A DNA stretch of 64,000 nucleotides, from NCBI GenBank assembly GCA_017625395.1, contig JAGALD010000065.1, positions 73,414 to 137,413 on the forward strand, in the 5' to 3' direction. This document shows positions 8,413 through 17,700 of the stretch, piece by piece. The first letter of the stretch is position 1. The number at the start of each line of letters is the position of its first letter. The stretch is from Bacilli bacterium (GTDB lineage Bacteria > Bacillota_I > Bacilli_A > RF39 > UBA660). Under the pieces are notes generated by a model that did no database searches, was not told the origin of the DNA, and saw nothing but the letters and a program-made list of their open reading frames with translations. A program made the translations under genes and the position numbers.

Positions 8413-8748
8413 TTAATTTCTTATTTTTGCTTTTTTCCTTATTTTATAAGGCTTTGTAGGGTTGTTACTTAATAAAATGTCAGTATCTATATGGAGTATT
8501 TTTCCAGGAAGATAAAAAAATTCATTCCTTTCTAAATTTATTTCATTATTTAATTGTTTTGTTATTTTATCATCATCTTCTATTTCTTCATGTATTTCTT
8601 TTCTTAAATCATTAATGTTGCTATCTGCAATTAAACGTATATTTACTCCTTTGAGATATGCAATATTTTCTTTAATATCTATTATTTTAAACAAAATATC
8701 ATTTTGATGTGAATTTCTACTTACATAGTCTCCAATATTAAAAAGCAT
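8413..8748 (-). pseudogene. yabG: 5' fragment of the sporulation-specific protease gene yabG (about 90 homologous codons plus a 21-codon foreign tail), interrupted by the ICE
   Basis: MLFNIGDYVSRNSHQNDILFKIID...IRLIADSNINDL...FFYLPGKILHIDTD matches the remembered B. subtilis YabG N-terminus (QIGDMVARKSYQMDVLFRIIG...VRLIADSDFSDL...YFHMPGKVLHLDGD). Full-length YabG is ~290 aa. The gene sits directly downstream of rsmA, as in Bacillus. Confidence 0.7.
8441..8478. repeat. Imperfect dyad (ATTTTATAAG-N17-CTTAATAAAAT) at the point where yabG homology ends; candidate attR of the ICE
   Basis: The arms at 8441-8450 and 8468-8478 are reverse complements apart from one extra base. The centre at ~8459 falls inside the non-homologous tail of the truncated yabG ORF. 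The layout resembles serine-recombinase att sites. Confidence 0.35.
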
Positions 8749-8807
8749 ATAATCATCTCCAAATAATTATATGCTTTTTGTTTATTATTATTCTTTTTTT
8801 ACATTTT

Positions 8808-9596
8808 CTATAATTTAAAATTATTACTTATTTCTACAAAAATTTCTAGCGGTAATTCTTCTGCTCTAACACTTTCTGATAAATTATTTCTTTTTAGTAT
8901 CTCGTATACTTTTTCAAAATCATAGTCTTTTAAATTATTTTTTAATGTTTTTCTTTTTTGCTTAAAACTATCTCTTACTAATTTAAAAAAATGATTTTCA
9001 TCTATTACATTAGGCTTATTTTCTTTTTTATTTAACGAAATAATAATACTGTCTACGTTTGGCTTCGGAATAAATGCATTTTTTGAAACTATAAATTCTT
9101 TTTTTATTTTAAAGAAATAGTTCAAGAATACTGTTATAGATGAATAGTCTTTTGTACCTTTTGTTGCAGAGAATCTTTCTCCAACTTCTTTTTGTACCAT
9201 TATAACCATCTTCTCTAAATCTATTTTTTCTTCTATTAATTTGGTTATTATTGGCGTTGTTATGTAATATGGCAAATTTGCAACCACATATAGCTTATTA
9301 TACTTATATTTCTTTATGTCATCTTTTATATTTCTTTGTAAAAAGTCTTCAAATATAAAATCTACAGTATTATTTTCGAATTCTTTCTCTAAATAATCTT
9401 TTAATTCTATATCTATTTCATATGCAAGAACTTGGGCTTTTTCAACTAAATATTTTGTTAAAGCTCCTCTACCTGGACCAATTTCAATTATTAAGGAATC
9501 TTTTTCTATATTAGCTGTTTCAACTATTTTACGTATTATGTTATTGTCCTGTAAGAAATTTTGCCCAAATTTCTTTTTAAAATTATGGTCTATCAT
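8808..9596 (-). CDS. rsmA: 16S rRNA (adenine1518/1519-N6)-dimethyltransferase
   Basis: It has the FGQNFL and EIGPGRGALT motifs, and its length is typical of KsgA. Confidence 0.9.
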   Translation of the reverse strand: MIDHNFKKKFGQNFLQDNNIIRKIVETANIEKDSLIIEIGPGRGALTKYLVEKAQVLAYEIDIELKDYLEKEFENNTVDFIFEDFLQRNIKDDIKKYKYNKLYVVANLPYYITTPIITKLIEEKIDLEKMVIMVQKEVGERFSATKGTKDYSSITVFLNYFFKIKKEFIVSKNAFIPKPNVDSIIISLNKKENKPNVIDENHFFKLVRDSFKQKRKTLKNNLKDYDFEKVYEILKRNNLSESVRAEELPLEIFVEISNNFKL

Positions 9597-9635
9597 AAAA
9601 TCACCTGGTAATAATATATCATAAAAATCTATATT

Positions 9636-9662
9636 AATAAAAAAAATCTGATAATTCAGATT
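9636..9662 (-). terminator. Rho-independent terminator after the yabE-like gene
   Basis: The stem is AATCTGA/TCAGATT with a 4-nt loop. On the minus strand it is followed by a U-run (plus-strand A8). Confidence 0.7.
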
Positions 9663-10242
9663 ATTTTTTCTTTGTAACCTCTAGGGAAATCATATTGTAC
9701 CCGCGATATCCTCTATCGATAACACTTGATTTATTTTGAACATAAAGATCTATTTTTTCTGCTTTATAGCATGCACCACAAGTATCAAGTATTATTCCTT
9801 TGTATTCTTTACCATCAATTGTTAATGTAACTTCGTCATAATATTTAAAGTATAATTTGTTTTCTTTTACCCCAAATTTATTTTGAAGATATGTTGTGGC
9901 TGCTGCTAATACTATTTTACCTTTATAAGTATACCAACCATATTTATTAACTTGAAAATCATCAGTACATAAACCAGAACCCGTACAATGGCCACTTGCA
10001 CACTCATCACCTGGATAATATGATGTTAATCTATATTTATGTAATTCATTTTTTTCTACTTTAATTTCTTCTTTTTGTTTCAATTCAGTTACTAAATGCG
10101 AAGATTGTAACGAACTAATTCCAGAAACATTATATGTTGTTATTTTATTTGTTTCTCCAACTTTTGCTAAAATTACAAATATTGCAATTACATATAGAAT
10201 AACAAAAGTTTGATTTCTTACCATTAATAAGGTCCTTTTCAT
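9661..10242 (-). CDS. Membrane-anchored 3D/RlpA-like domain protein (YabE-like cell-wall protein)
   Basis: It has an N-terminal TM segment and a C-terminal Cys-rich 3D-like domain (LTSYYPGDECASGHCTGSGLCTDD...GIILDTCGACYKAEKIDLYV). Its position between tatD and rsmA matches yabE in Bacillus. Confidence 0.65.
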   Translation of the reverse strand: MKRTLLMVRNQTFVILYVIAIFVILAKVGETNKITTYNVSGISSLQSSHLVTELKQKEEIKVEKNELHKYRLTSYYPGDECASGHCTGSGLCTDDFQVNKYGWYTYKGKIVLAAATTYLQNKFGVKENKLYFKYYDEVTLTIDGKEYKGIILDTCGACYKAEKIDLYVQNKSSVIDRGYRGYNMISLEVTKKK

Positions 10243-10315
10243 GGTATCTCCTCACTATTCTTTGATAATTTGATAATAGCATAAAAGGTTTTTTTAGTCA
10301 AATTATATAATTAAA

Positions 10316-11071
10316 TTACTCTATTCCAAATAGTTCTTTAACATTTTTTGTTGTTTCTTCTTCTACCGTTTCTTTTAATATATCTTTAATATTTGCTATT
10401 TCTTCTGCTATTATAGGAATATATTTAGGAGCATTTTGTGTTCCTCTATAAGGGGTTGGTGCTAAATATGGGGAATCAGTCTCTAGAACTAAGTTTTTTA
10501 AAGATAGTTCTTTAATAACTCCTTTTAAATTAGTATTTTTAAATGTTATTACTCCACCAATTCCAAGGAAAAAACCTAAATTTATGTAATTTTTTGCATT
10601 TTCTAAACTGCCACTAAAACAATGAATAATCCCATGTGATTTTTTTTCTTTTAAAATATCATATGTATCTTGATATGCATCACGTGAATGAATAATTACT
10701 GGCAAATTCAATTCATTTGCAAGATCTAACATTATTTTAAATAGTTCTTTTTGTTTGTCTTTATTATCTTTTACCCAATAATAATCTAGTCCAATTTCTC
10801 CAATTGCAACCACTTTTTCATTATTTGTAACTATTTTTTTCAATTCATCTATATCACTTTGAGATATTGAGTCTACTTCACTAGGATGATATCCTAACGA
10901 TAAATAAACATTTTCGTATTTTTTTGCTATTTCCAATGATTCTTTAATACTATCTTTATCACACCCACTGATTATGAGCTTTTTTACATTATTTTTTTCT
11001 GCATCTTTAATAATTTGATCTATGTTGTCATAGTCTTTTTTTGAAATATGACAATGTGTATCTATGTACAT
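10316..11071 (-). CDS. tatD: TatD-family metal-dependent DNase/hydrolase
   Basis: The N-terminus is MYIDTHCHI, the internal segments GEIGLDYYW and IIHSRDA are present, and the gene is syntenic with metG. Confidence 0.9.
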   Translation of the reverse strand: MYIDTHCHISKKDYDNIDQIIKDAEKNNVKKLIISGCDKDSIKESLEIAKKYENVYLSLGYHPSEVDSISQSDIDELKKIVTNNEKVVAIGEIGLDYYWVKDNKDKQKELFKIMLDLANELNLPVIIHSRDAYQDTYDILKEKKSHGIIHCFSGSLENAKNYINLGFFLGIGGVITFKNTNLKGVIKELSLKNLVLETDSPYLAPTPYRGTQNAPKYIPIIAEEIANIKDILKETVEEETTKNVKELFGIE

Positions 11072-11116
11072 AATTCCTCCTTATTAAGAAAAAGAAGACA
11101 GATTATACTGTCATTC

Positions 11117-12661
11117 TTATTTATTTTCTTCTATTTCTTTTAATTTTGCTTCTTTATCAATTCGTTGAAACAACGGTGTTGGTGTATTCGTTTTATAATT
11201 TAATTCCTCTTCATATTTTTCATTTATATTTTCAATATTTAACTGTTCTAAAATATTTTTGCTTGTATCTGGCATAAATGGTTTTAATTCAATTGCACAT
11301 ACTCTTATTGCCTCTAATAAATTATAAATTACAGTTTCAAGTTTGTCTTTTTCACTTTCTTCTTTTGCTAATATCCAAGGAGTTGTTTCATCAATGTATT
11401 TATTACTTCTTCTTAAAACTTCAAAAATTTCATCCAATGCAGCACCAATTTCTAATTTTTCCATTTTTTCCGTAACTTTATTATCTAAAGAATTTATTTT
11501 TTCAATTAGGTCACTGTCATACTCTGTTTGAACTTTTTTATTAGTAACAGCACCTGAAAAATATTTGTTTGCCATTGATATTGTTCTATTTACCAAATTT
11601 CCTAAAACATTTGCCAAATCACTATTTATTCTTTCAATCATTAAATCGTAAGTAATTGAACCATCATTTGCAAATGGTATTTCGTGTAATACATAGTATC
11701 TTACTGCATCTACTCCAAAATACTTAACTAAATCGTCAGCATACATAATATTTCCTTTAGATTTACTCATTTTATCATTTGCAAATAATAACCAAGGATG
11801 TCCAAAAACTTGTTTTGGTAGTGGTAAATCTAATGCCATTAAAATGATTGGCCAATAAATAGTATGGAATCTTATAATGTCTTTTCCAATTAGATGTAAG
11901 TCTGCAGGCCAATATTTCTTGAATTCTTCTGTTGGGTTTTCAACATCATATCCAATATTAGTGATATAGTTTGATAATGCATCTATCCAAACATATATTA
12001 CATGTTTTGGATCAAAATCAACTGGTACTCCCCATGAAAATGAAGTTCTTGATACACATAAATCTTGAAGTCCTGGTTTTAAGAAGTTATTAATCATCTC
12101 ATTTTTTCTAGATTCTGGTTGAATGAATTCTGGATGTTCTTCAATGTATTTAATTAATCTATCTTGATATTTTGAAAGTTTAAAGAAGTAAGCTTCTTCA
12201 CTTGCGCTATGTACCTCTCTACCACAGTCAGGACATTTTCCATCTATTAATTGTGTTTCTGTAAAGAATGATTCACAAGGTGTACAATATAGTCCTTCAT
12301 ATTTTCCTTTATAAATATCACCTTGATCATATAGTTTTTTGAATATTTTTTGAACTTGTTCTTCATGTTTTTTGTCTGTAGTTCTAACAAACCTATCATA
12401 ACTTGTATTCATTATATCCCAAATATCTTTTATTTGTGATGCAATTTCATCAACATATTCTTGAGGTGAAACACCTTTTTCTTCTGCTTTTAGTTGGATT
12501 TTTTCACCATGTTCATCTGTTCCTGTTTGAAAATATACATCAAACCCTTTTTGTCTTTTATGTCTTGCAATAGCATCAGCTAATACGATTTCATATGTAT
12601 TTCCTATGTGAGGCTTTGCTGATGTATATGCAATTGCTGTACTTATATAATATCTTTCCAT
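11117..12661 (-). CDS. metG: Methionine--tRNA ligase (start moved to the internal Met; the track ORF extends to 12697)
   Basis: It has the HIGH motif (KPHIGNTYE), the KMSKS motif (DKMSKSKGN) and a Zn knuckle (CPDCG). AGGAGG lies 9 nt upstream of ATG 12661, one nt after the upstream gene's stop. Confidence 0.95.
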   Translation of the reverse strand: MERYYISTAIAYTSAKPHIGNTYEIVLADAIARHKRQKGFDVYFQTGTDEHGEKIQLKAEEKGVSPQEYVDEIASQIKDIWDIMNTSYDRFVRTTDKKHEEQVQKIFKKLYDQGDIYKGKYEGLYCTPCESFFTETQLIDGKCPDCGREVHSASEEAYFFKLSKYQDRLIKYIEEHPEFIQPESRKNEMINNFLKPGLQDLCVSRTSFSWGVPVDFDPKHVIYVWIDALSNYITNIGYDVENPTEEFKKYWPADLHLIGKDIIRFHTIYWPIILMALDLPLPKQVFGHPWLLFANDKMSKSKGNIMYADDLVKYFGVDAVRYYVLHEIPFANDGSITYDLMIERINSDLANVLGNLVNRTISMANKYFSGAVTNKKVQTEYDSDLIEKINSLDNKVTEKMEKLEIGAALDEIFEVLRRSNKYIDETTPWILAKEESEKDKLETVIYNLLEAIRVCAIELKPFMPDTSKNILEQLNIENINEKYEEELNYKTNTPTPLFQRIDKEAKLKEIEENK

Positions 12662-12662
12662 A

Positions 12663-13151
12663 TTATTTTTCCTCCTTGTTTGTGGATCCAATTCCACCTT
12701 TTCTTATATTTTTTATTTCTTTTTCATCATCCACTGTTAAGAAATTTGTAAATATGCCTTGACATATGGCATCTCCTTTTTTAACAATGTAATCATTTGT
12801 CCCTTCGTTTTGAATTTTTAACCACGCATGTCCCTCGTTAGATTCATTGTTGTAGTAATCGCTTTCGAATATTCCTACTTGATTACACATCCGTATATTG
12901 TATTTAAATCCCATACTACTTCTTACTAATAACATCATCATTTCATTTGATTTCATTTTTACTTTTATTCCCGTAGGTATTTTCATAATTTCTCCTGGTT
13001 TTAAAATGAAATCATATAGTGCAAAAAAATCATATCCAGCACTAAATTTTGTACTTCTTTTAGGTAAAGAGTATTCCTCGTATAGTTTATAATCATCGAA
13101 TACATCTTTTTTAAATTGTTCATAGCTTATTTTTTCGAATCCTCTTTCCAT
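12663..13151 (-). CDS. dUTP diphosphatase-like protein (YncF/YosS-type trimeric dUTPase family)
   Basis: The segments KRSTKFSAGYDFFA, VRSSMGFK, GIFESDYY, GDAICQGIF and RKGGIGST are characteristic dUTPase motifs. Confidence 0.75.
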   Translation of the reverse strand: MERGFEKISYEQFKKDVFDDYKLYEEYSLPKRSTKFSAGYDFFALYDFILKPGEIMKIPTGIKVKMKSNEMMMLLVRSSMGFKYNIRMCNQVGIFESDYYNNESNEGHAWLKIQNEGTNDYIVKKGDAICQGIFTNFLTVDDEKEIKNIRKGGIGSTNKEEK

Positions 13152-13164
13152 ATATATCTCCTTA

Positions 13165-13390
13165 TAAAAAAACTCATCCAGTAAAGGACGAGCTTAATCG
13201 TGGTACCACCTTAATTAATAGATATTCTATCTATTCTCTTGTTTAATAACGCATTTTTGCGTACCAGTCTAAAAAATATTCGACCAGTCTGTTCGGGAAC
13301 CATTTTCAATAACTATCTATATCTTTTTTCACCATTCAAGACTCTCTTTGATAGAATCATTATATCTCTTTCCGTCTTTACATTTAAAAT
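13165..13390 (-). promoter_or_regulatory. T-box riboswitch leader, probable Met (AUG) specifier, with terminator/antiterminator
   Basis: Read on the minus strand, the leader shows stem I elements (CAAAGAGAGTC...AATGGTGAAA) and a specifier-loop candidate (TTGAAAATGGTTCC). The conserved T-box sequence is AATTAAGGTGGTACCACGATTAAGC. The terminator is CTCGTCC-TTTACT-GGATGAG followed by T6. Confidence 0.8.
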
Positions 13391-13398
13391 ATAGGGTT

Positions 13399-13427
13399 AT
13401 TGTAGCATAAAAAAAATTATTCTTCAA
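13399..13427 (-). promoter_or_regulatory. Sigma-A-type promoter for the T-box leader
   Basis: Minus strand: TTGAAG, 17-nt spacer, TGcTACAAT (extended -10). Confidence 0.55.
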
Positions 13428-13944
13428 CATTTTTACCTAAAAATTGTGAAGCAATATTTACTATGTTTTTTTCATTTTCTCCTAGTTTTTTTTCTGAAAT
13501 TAATATAACTAATCCAATTACATCACCATTTGCAGTTATTGGTGAAATAATATAATTACATTCCAAATAATCTTCTTCTGTAAAATATAATCTTTTATAT
13601 TCCTCTTCATTAATCTTTGTTCTATTTGATATACATTCTTCTAAGAATTTGCTAATTTGTTTATTTAAATATTTCTTTTTATGTATATTTGGGCAAGAAA
13701 TTATGTAATCTCTATCTGTTATAAATAATTCCACTTTCATAGTATCATATACTGTTTCTGAATATATGTTAGCAACTTCTACCAAATTGTTCATTGTTGA
13801 ATATTTTTTTAAAGCAACCATATCTTTTTCAACATATATTTCTAATGATGCACCATCTTTGATTCCCAAGGTTCTTCTTATTTCTTTCGGTATAACTATT
13901 CTACCCAGTTCATCAATTCTTCTTACTACTCCAGTTGTTTCCAT
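13417..13944 (-). CDS. spoVT: Stage V sporulation regulator SpoVT (AbrB-type N-terminal domain plus GAF-like C-terminal domain)
   Basis: The N-terminus TGVVRRIDELGRIVIPKEIRRTLGIKDG is the SpoVT/AbrB swapped-hairpin motif. The 175-aa length and the position downstream of mfd match Bacillus. Confidence 0.85.
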   Translation of the reverse strand: METTGVVRRIDELGRIVIPKEIRRTLGIKDGASLEIYVEKDMVALKKYSTMNNLVEVANIYSETVYDTMKVELFITDRDYIISCPNIHKKKYLNKQISKFLEECISNRTKINEEEYKRLYFTEEDYLECNYIISPITANGDVIGLVILISEKKLGENEKNIVNIASQFLGKNVEE

Positions 13945-14003
13945 TTTTTTCCTCCCGTCTATTACATAATTATTATTTTCAATCTTCTGTTTTTTATACA
14001 GAA

Positions 14004-14023
14004 AATTTACTTATAAGTAAATT
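14004..14023. repeat. Perfect 20-bp palindrome AATTTACTTATAAGTAAATT, 60-80 nt upstream of spoVT
   Basis: Read directly from the sequence. It overlaps or abuts a minus-strand TATAAT. Confidence 0.8.
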
Positions 14024-14065
14024 ATAATATCTTTAGAGGTTGTTTTCCTTTGGTAATTTTTACCA

Positions 14066-14090
14066 AACAAAAAAACTCATTACTGAGTTT
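14066..14090 (-). terminator. Rho-independent terminator after the 211-aa ORF
   Basis: The stem is AAACTCA/TGAGTTT with a 4-nt loop, followed by a U-run on the minus strand. Confidence 0.7.
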
Positions 14091-14724
14091 ATTCTGTAGT
14101 TCTCTTATTTAAATCTAAATATTTATTGTATGATTCATTACACATGTTCTTTAATGATTCGTCTCTGAATAAAGTTTCTTCTTTTATCCTACTTATTATT
14201 GTATTATTAAATAATATATTTATTCTACTATTAATTCTCTCTTCTTGTTCCTTATTTTCCAATTTATATTTTTTTATTATTTTAGGAAAAAATTTTGTAC
14301 ATATTTCGGTCTTTAGCAACAAATCCAAATCATCATTCATTTTTTGTGTTTCATTACTTAATTCTTGATAATATTTATTTAAATATTCTTCTGTTATAGT
14401 ATTTTCTTCTATATCTTTTGAAAGAAAGTTTTCTTTTATACTTACTTTTTTTTCTTCAATTCTTGTATTTACAATATTGTTTATTTCATTCTTTTCTCTA
14501 TATAGTAATCCTAACAGTTCTTCTTTTTTAAATGATATATTAGTTTCGTTAAAATATTTTGTAAAGAAAATTGCTAGCTTATTTATTTCTAGTGCAACAC
14601 AGTTATCTGTTGTATTCTTTAAGGCTTCTAAGTTTCTTTCCATTTCTAAAGATAAACTATTTCTAAAAATTTCTTTATTTTTATCTTGGAACATTTTATT
14701 TATATCCATATCCATAAATAACAC
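14089..14724 (-). CDS. Hypothetical protein (211 aa, K/E/N-rich, predicted helical)
   Basis: Track ORF between mfd and spoVT, with its own terminator. No family was recognised. Confidence 0.5.
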   Translation of the reverse strand: MLFMDMDINKMFQDKNKEIFRNSLSLEMERNLEALKNTTDNCVALEINKLAIFFTKYFNETNISFKKEELLGLLYREKNEINNIVNTRIEEKKVSIKENFLSKDIEENTITEEYLNKYYQELSNETQKMNDDLDLLLKTEICTKFFPKIIKKYKLENKEQEERINSRINILFNNTIISRIKEETLFRDESLKNMCNESYNKYLDLNKRTTE

Positions 14725-14780
14725 CTTTTTCTATTTTATATTATGATATTAACAAATATGTGTAAACTAGTCAAGAATTG

Positions 14781-17700
14781 CTAGTATCTAAACTCTACTT
14801 TATCAAGTAATTTTGTTAATAAGAATACATAATGTTCATCTAATTTTATTGTATCTAAAATTACTATTAAACAATTATTTTTCATTTGGAATCTAAACAT
14901 TCTAGAAATATTAAAAGCATCAACAAATATTTTTTCTCCATTAATTTTTGCTGAAGAATCTTGTGAAAAAACTAATTCTATTGAGTTTTTATTTTGATTT
15001 ACTTTTTCTATACCTAATTTTTTAGCTTGTTTTTCAAACCATTCTTCATACATATATATTAATACTTTTTCATTTATTTTACCAAATCTATCTTCTATTT
15101 CTTCTTTTACAGTTAAAAGTTTTTCGTATGAATCAATTTCATTAATCTTTTTATGAATTTCGATTTTTAAATTGTTATCGTTAACATATTCATCAGAAAT
15201 ATGTGTTTCGACTGTTAACAAAGGTCTTTCTTCAGTTTCTTTTTGTTCTTCTTCAATTTGTTCACCTTTTAATTTAGAAATTTCTTCATTCAAAATTTTC
15301 ATATATAATTCTATTCCAATATTATCAATAAATCCAGCTTGTTCACTTCCAAGTATGTCTCCTGCTCCTCGAATTGATAAATCTCTAGTTGCTATTGAAA
15401 ATCCACTACCTAATTCTGTAAATTCTTTTATTACGTTCAATCTTTTTATAGCGGTTTCATTTAGCATTTTATTAGGATCATACATTAAATATGCGTACGC
15501 TATTTTGTTACTTCTTCCGACTCTTCCTCTTACTTGATATAGTTGACTTAATCCAAATCTATCTGCATTTAAAATTATTATGGTATTTACATTTGGAATA
15601 TCTATTCCGGTTTCTATTATAGTAGTACATAATAAAATATCGTATTTATGCTCAATAAAATCTATCATTTTATTTTCTAGTTCTAATTTATTCATTTGAC
15701 CATGTGCATAAATTATTTTTGTTTCTGGAAGAATTCTCTCTAATTCTATTTTTTTTAATTCAATATCCTCAACTTTGTTGTACAAGATAAAAACTTGTCC
15801 TCCACGAGACAATTCTTTGTATACTGCATCCTTTATTATATGAATATTTTCTTCCATTACATATGTTTGTATTGGATATCTGTCGACTGGTGGTGTTTCA
15901 ATTAATGATAGACTTCTAAGTCCTGACATGGACATTTGAAGAGTTCTTGGTATTGGTGTTGCTGTCAATGTTAAAACATCTACATTTTCTTTATACTCTT
16001 TTATTTTTTCTTTGTGAGTTACTCCAAATCTTTGTTCTTCATCAATTATTAATAATCCTAATTTACTTGGTCTTATATCATCGCTTAATAATCTATGTGT
16101 ACCAAATAGAATATCTATTTTACCTTCTTTTAGTTCCTCGACAATTTTTTTTGTGTCTTTTGATGAAGTAAATCTATTTAATAATGAAATATTTACAGGA
16201 AAGTTTTTAAATCTTTGTACTGCATTTTCATATTGTTGTTTTGATAAAATTGTTGTTGGACATAAATATAAAACTTGCTTTCCATCGTTTACCGCCTTGA
16301 AAATTGCTCTAAATGCTACTTCCGTTTTTCCATAACCAACATCACCACATAATAGTCTATCCATTGGAACAATTGATTCCATGTCTTTTTTTATTTGTTC
16401 TGTAACGAATAATTGATCTTTCGTTGGCTCATAAGGAAATTCCTGTTCAAACATTATTTGTAATTCATTATCTTTACTAAATTGAAATCCTTTTTTCATC
16501 TCTCTTATTGCATAAAGTTTTAATAGTTTTTCTGCAATATCTTTTACTTTTGTTTTTACCCTTAATTTAGTTTTCTGCCATTCAGTTCCACCTAATTTAT
16601 TAACTTTAGGTACTATTCCCTCTTTTCCTGTAAATTTGCTAATCAATTCTATTTTTTCTACTGGAATATATAATTTATCTTTTCCTTGATATAAAATTTC
16701 TAGAAAATCTTTTAGAAATTCGTGTTGCTTTAATGTTTTTATTCCATTATATATACCGATTCCATGTAGACTATGCACTACATAATCTCCAATTTCTAAG
16801 TTGTTTATATTTTTTATCTTGGAAGAATATTTAAAATTGGTCTTATATTTTGCTTTATTTACATGTTTAGAAAACAATTCTGACTCCGTTAATATTACAT
16901 ATTTTCCGTAGATAAAACCTTTATTTAACGGCATATTTATTATATTAATACTATTATCTATTATATTGGCATATGTTGTTAAAATATAATTTTGTTCTAA
17001 AAATTTAGAAAAACTTTTTATTTGATAATCTTTTAATGCTATTATTATTGTTTTATTTATATATAAATTGTCAGATATAAATTTATTAATGGATTCTATG
17101 TTTTCATTAAAGTTATTTATCTCTTTGATATTAAAATTTATTATTTGATTTGAATTTAAATTTTCTATTATATTGTTAATAGTATTATAATAAATAACTT
17201 GATCAACTTTTATATCTTCTAATTTAAACATATACTCATCTTTAAAATCTATATCTCTATCTGATTGATATTCAAATATTTGTTGTAATTGGTTTTCATA
17301 ACTTACTTTTATTTGTTGATAGTTCTTAAAAATTGTTATTGGATTTTCTAAATATTCTGAAATTGATTGAATTGGTTCTTTAGACAATTGTTTTAAGTAT
17401 TTTTGTTTATTATTACTTGAATCAAAAAAATCATCTATTAAAAATTCAGTATTAGGTAATATTGTACAGCAATCTATTGTTTGTATAGTTTTTTGGGTTT
17501 CTTCATCAAAAACTCTTATAGATTCTATTTCATCACCAAAGAATTCTATTCTAATTGGATGAATATTTTCTATGGGAAATATATCTATTACAAATCCTCT
17601 AATTCCTAATTCACCTGTTTTAGTTACTATTGTTTCTTTTATGTATCCTATTTCTATTAGTTTTCCAATCAATAATTCTCTTGGATATTCCTGATTAACT

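Larger units (their letters stand above)
1..8459. mobile_element. Right-hand ~8.4 kb of an integrative conjugative element (ICE / conjugative-transposon-like). It is truncated by the window start, and the chromosomal junction is inferred near 8441-8478.
   Basis: A contiguous minus-strand block encodes ParA, ParB, a secreted protein, a thioester/CnaB adhesin, a sortase, three tiny coupled ORFs, a TnpV-like ORF and an ArdC-N-like polyvalent protein. The block abuts a yabG ORF that loses homology after about 90 codons. The neighbouring core genes (rsmA, tatD, metG) are syntenic with Bacillus. Confidence 0.7.

Noticed and set aside
12662-12697. N-terminal extensions of track ORFs: metG to 12697, pth to 18720, ybaB to 22179, ychF from 45151, dusB from 52080, clpC from 55233, ftsX from 61116
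   Set aside because: In each case an internal Met with a good SD coincides with the start of family homology. The extension overlaps the upstream gene, a promoter or a terminator.
15172-15537. Numerous 60-150-aa ORFs antisense to or overlapping core genes. Examples are 6630-6914, 11278-11531, 15172-15537, 18233-18676, 20207-20836, 24339-24752, 25354-25665, 36730-37122, 43983-44216, 47137-47370, 47525-47824, 58618-58833 and 60995-61321.
   Set aside because: All lie inside well-supported genes on the opposite strand or in an alternate frame. Their F/L/S/I-rich or Cys-rich compositions are characteristic of AT-rich antisense frames, and none shows any family resemblance.
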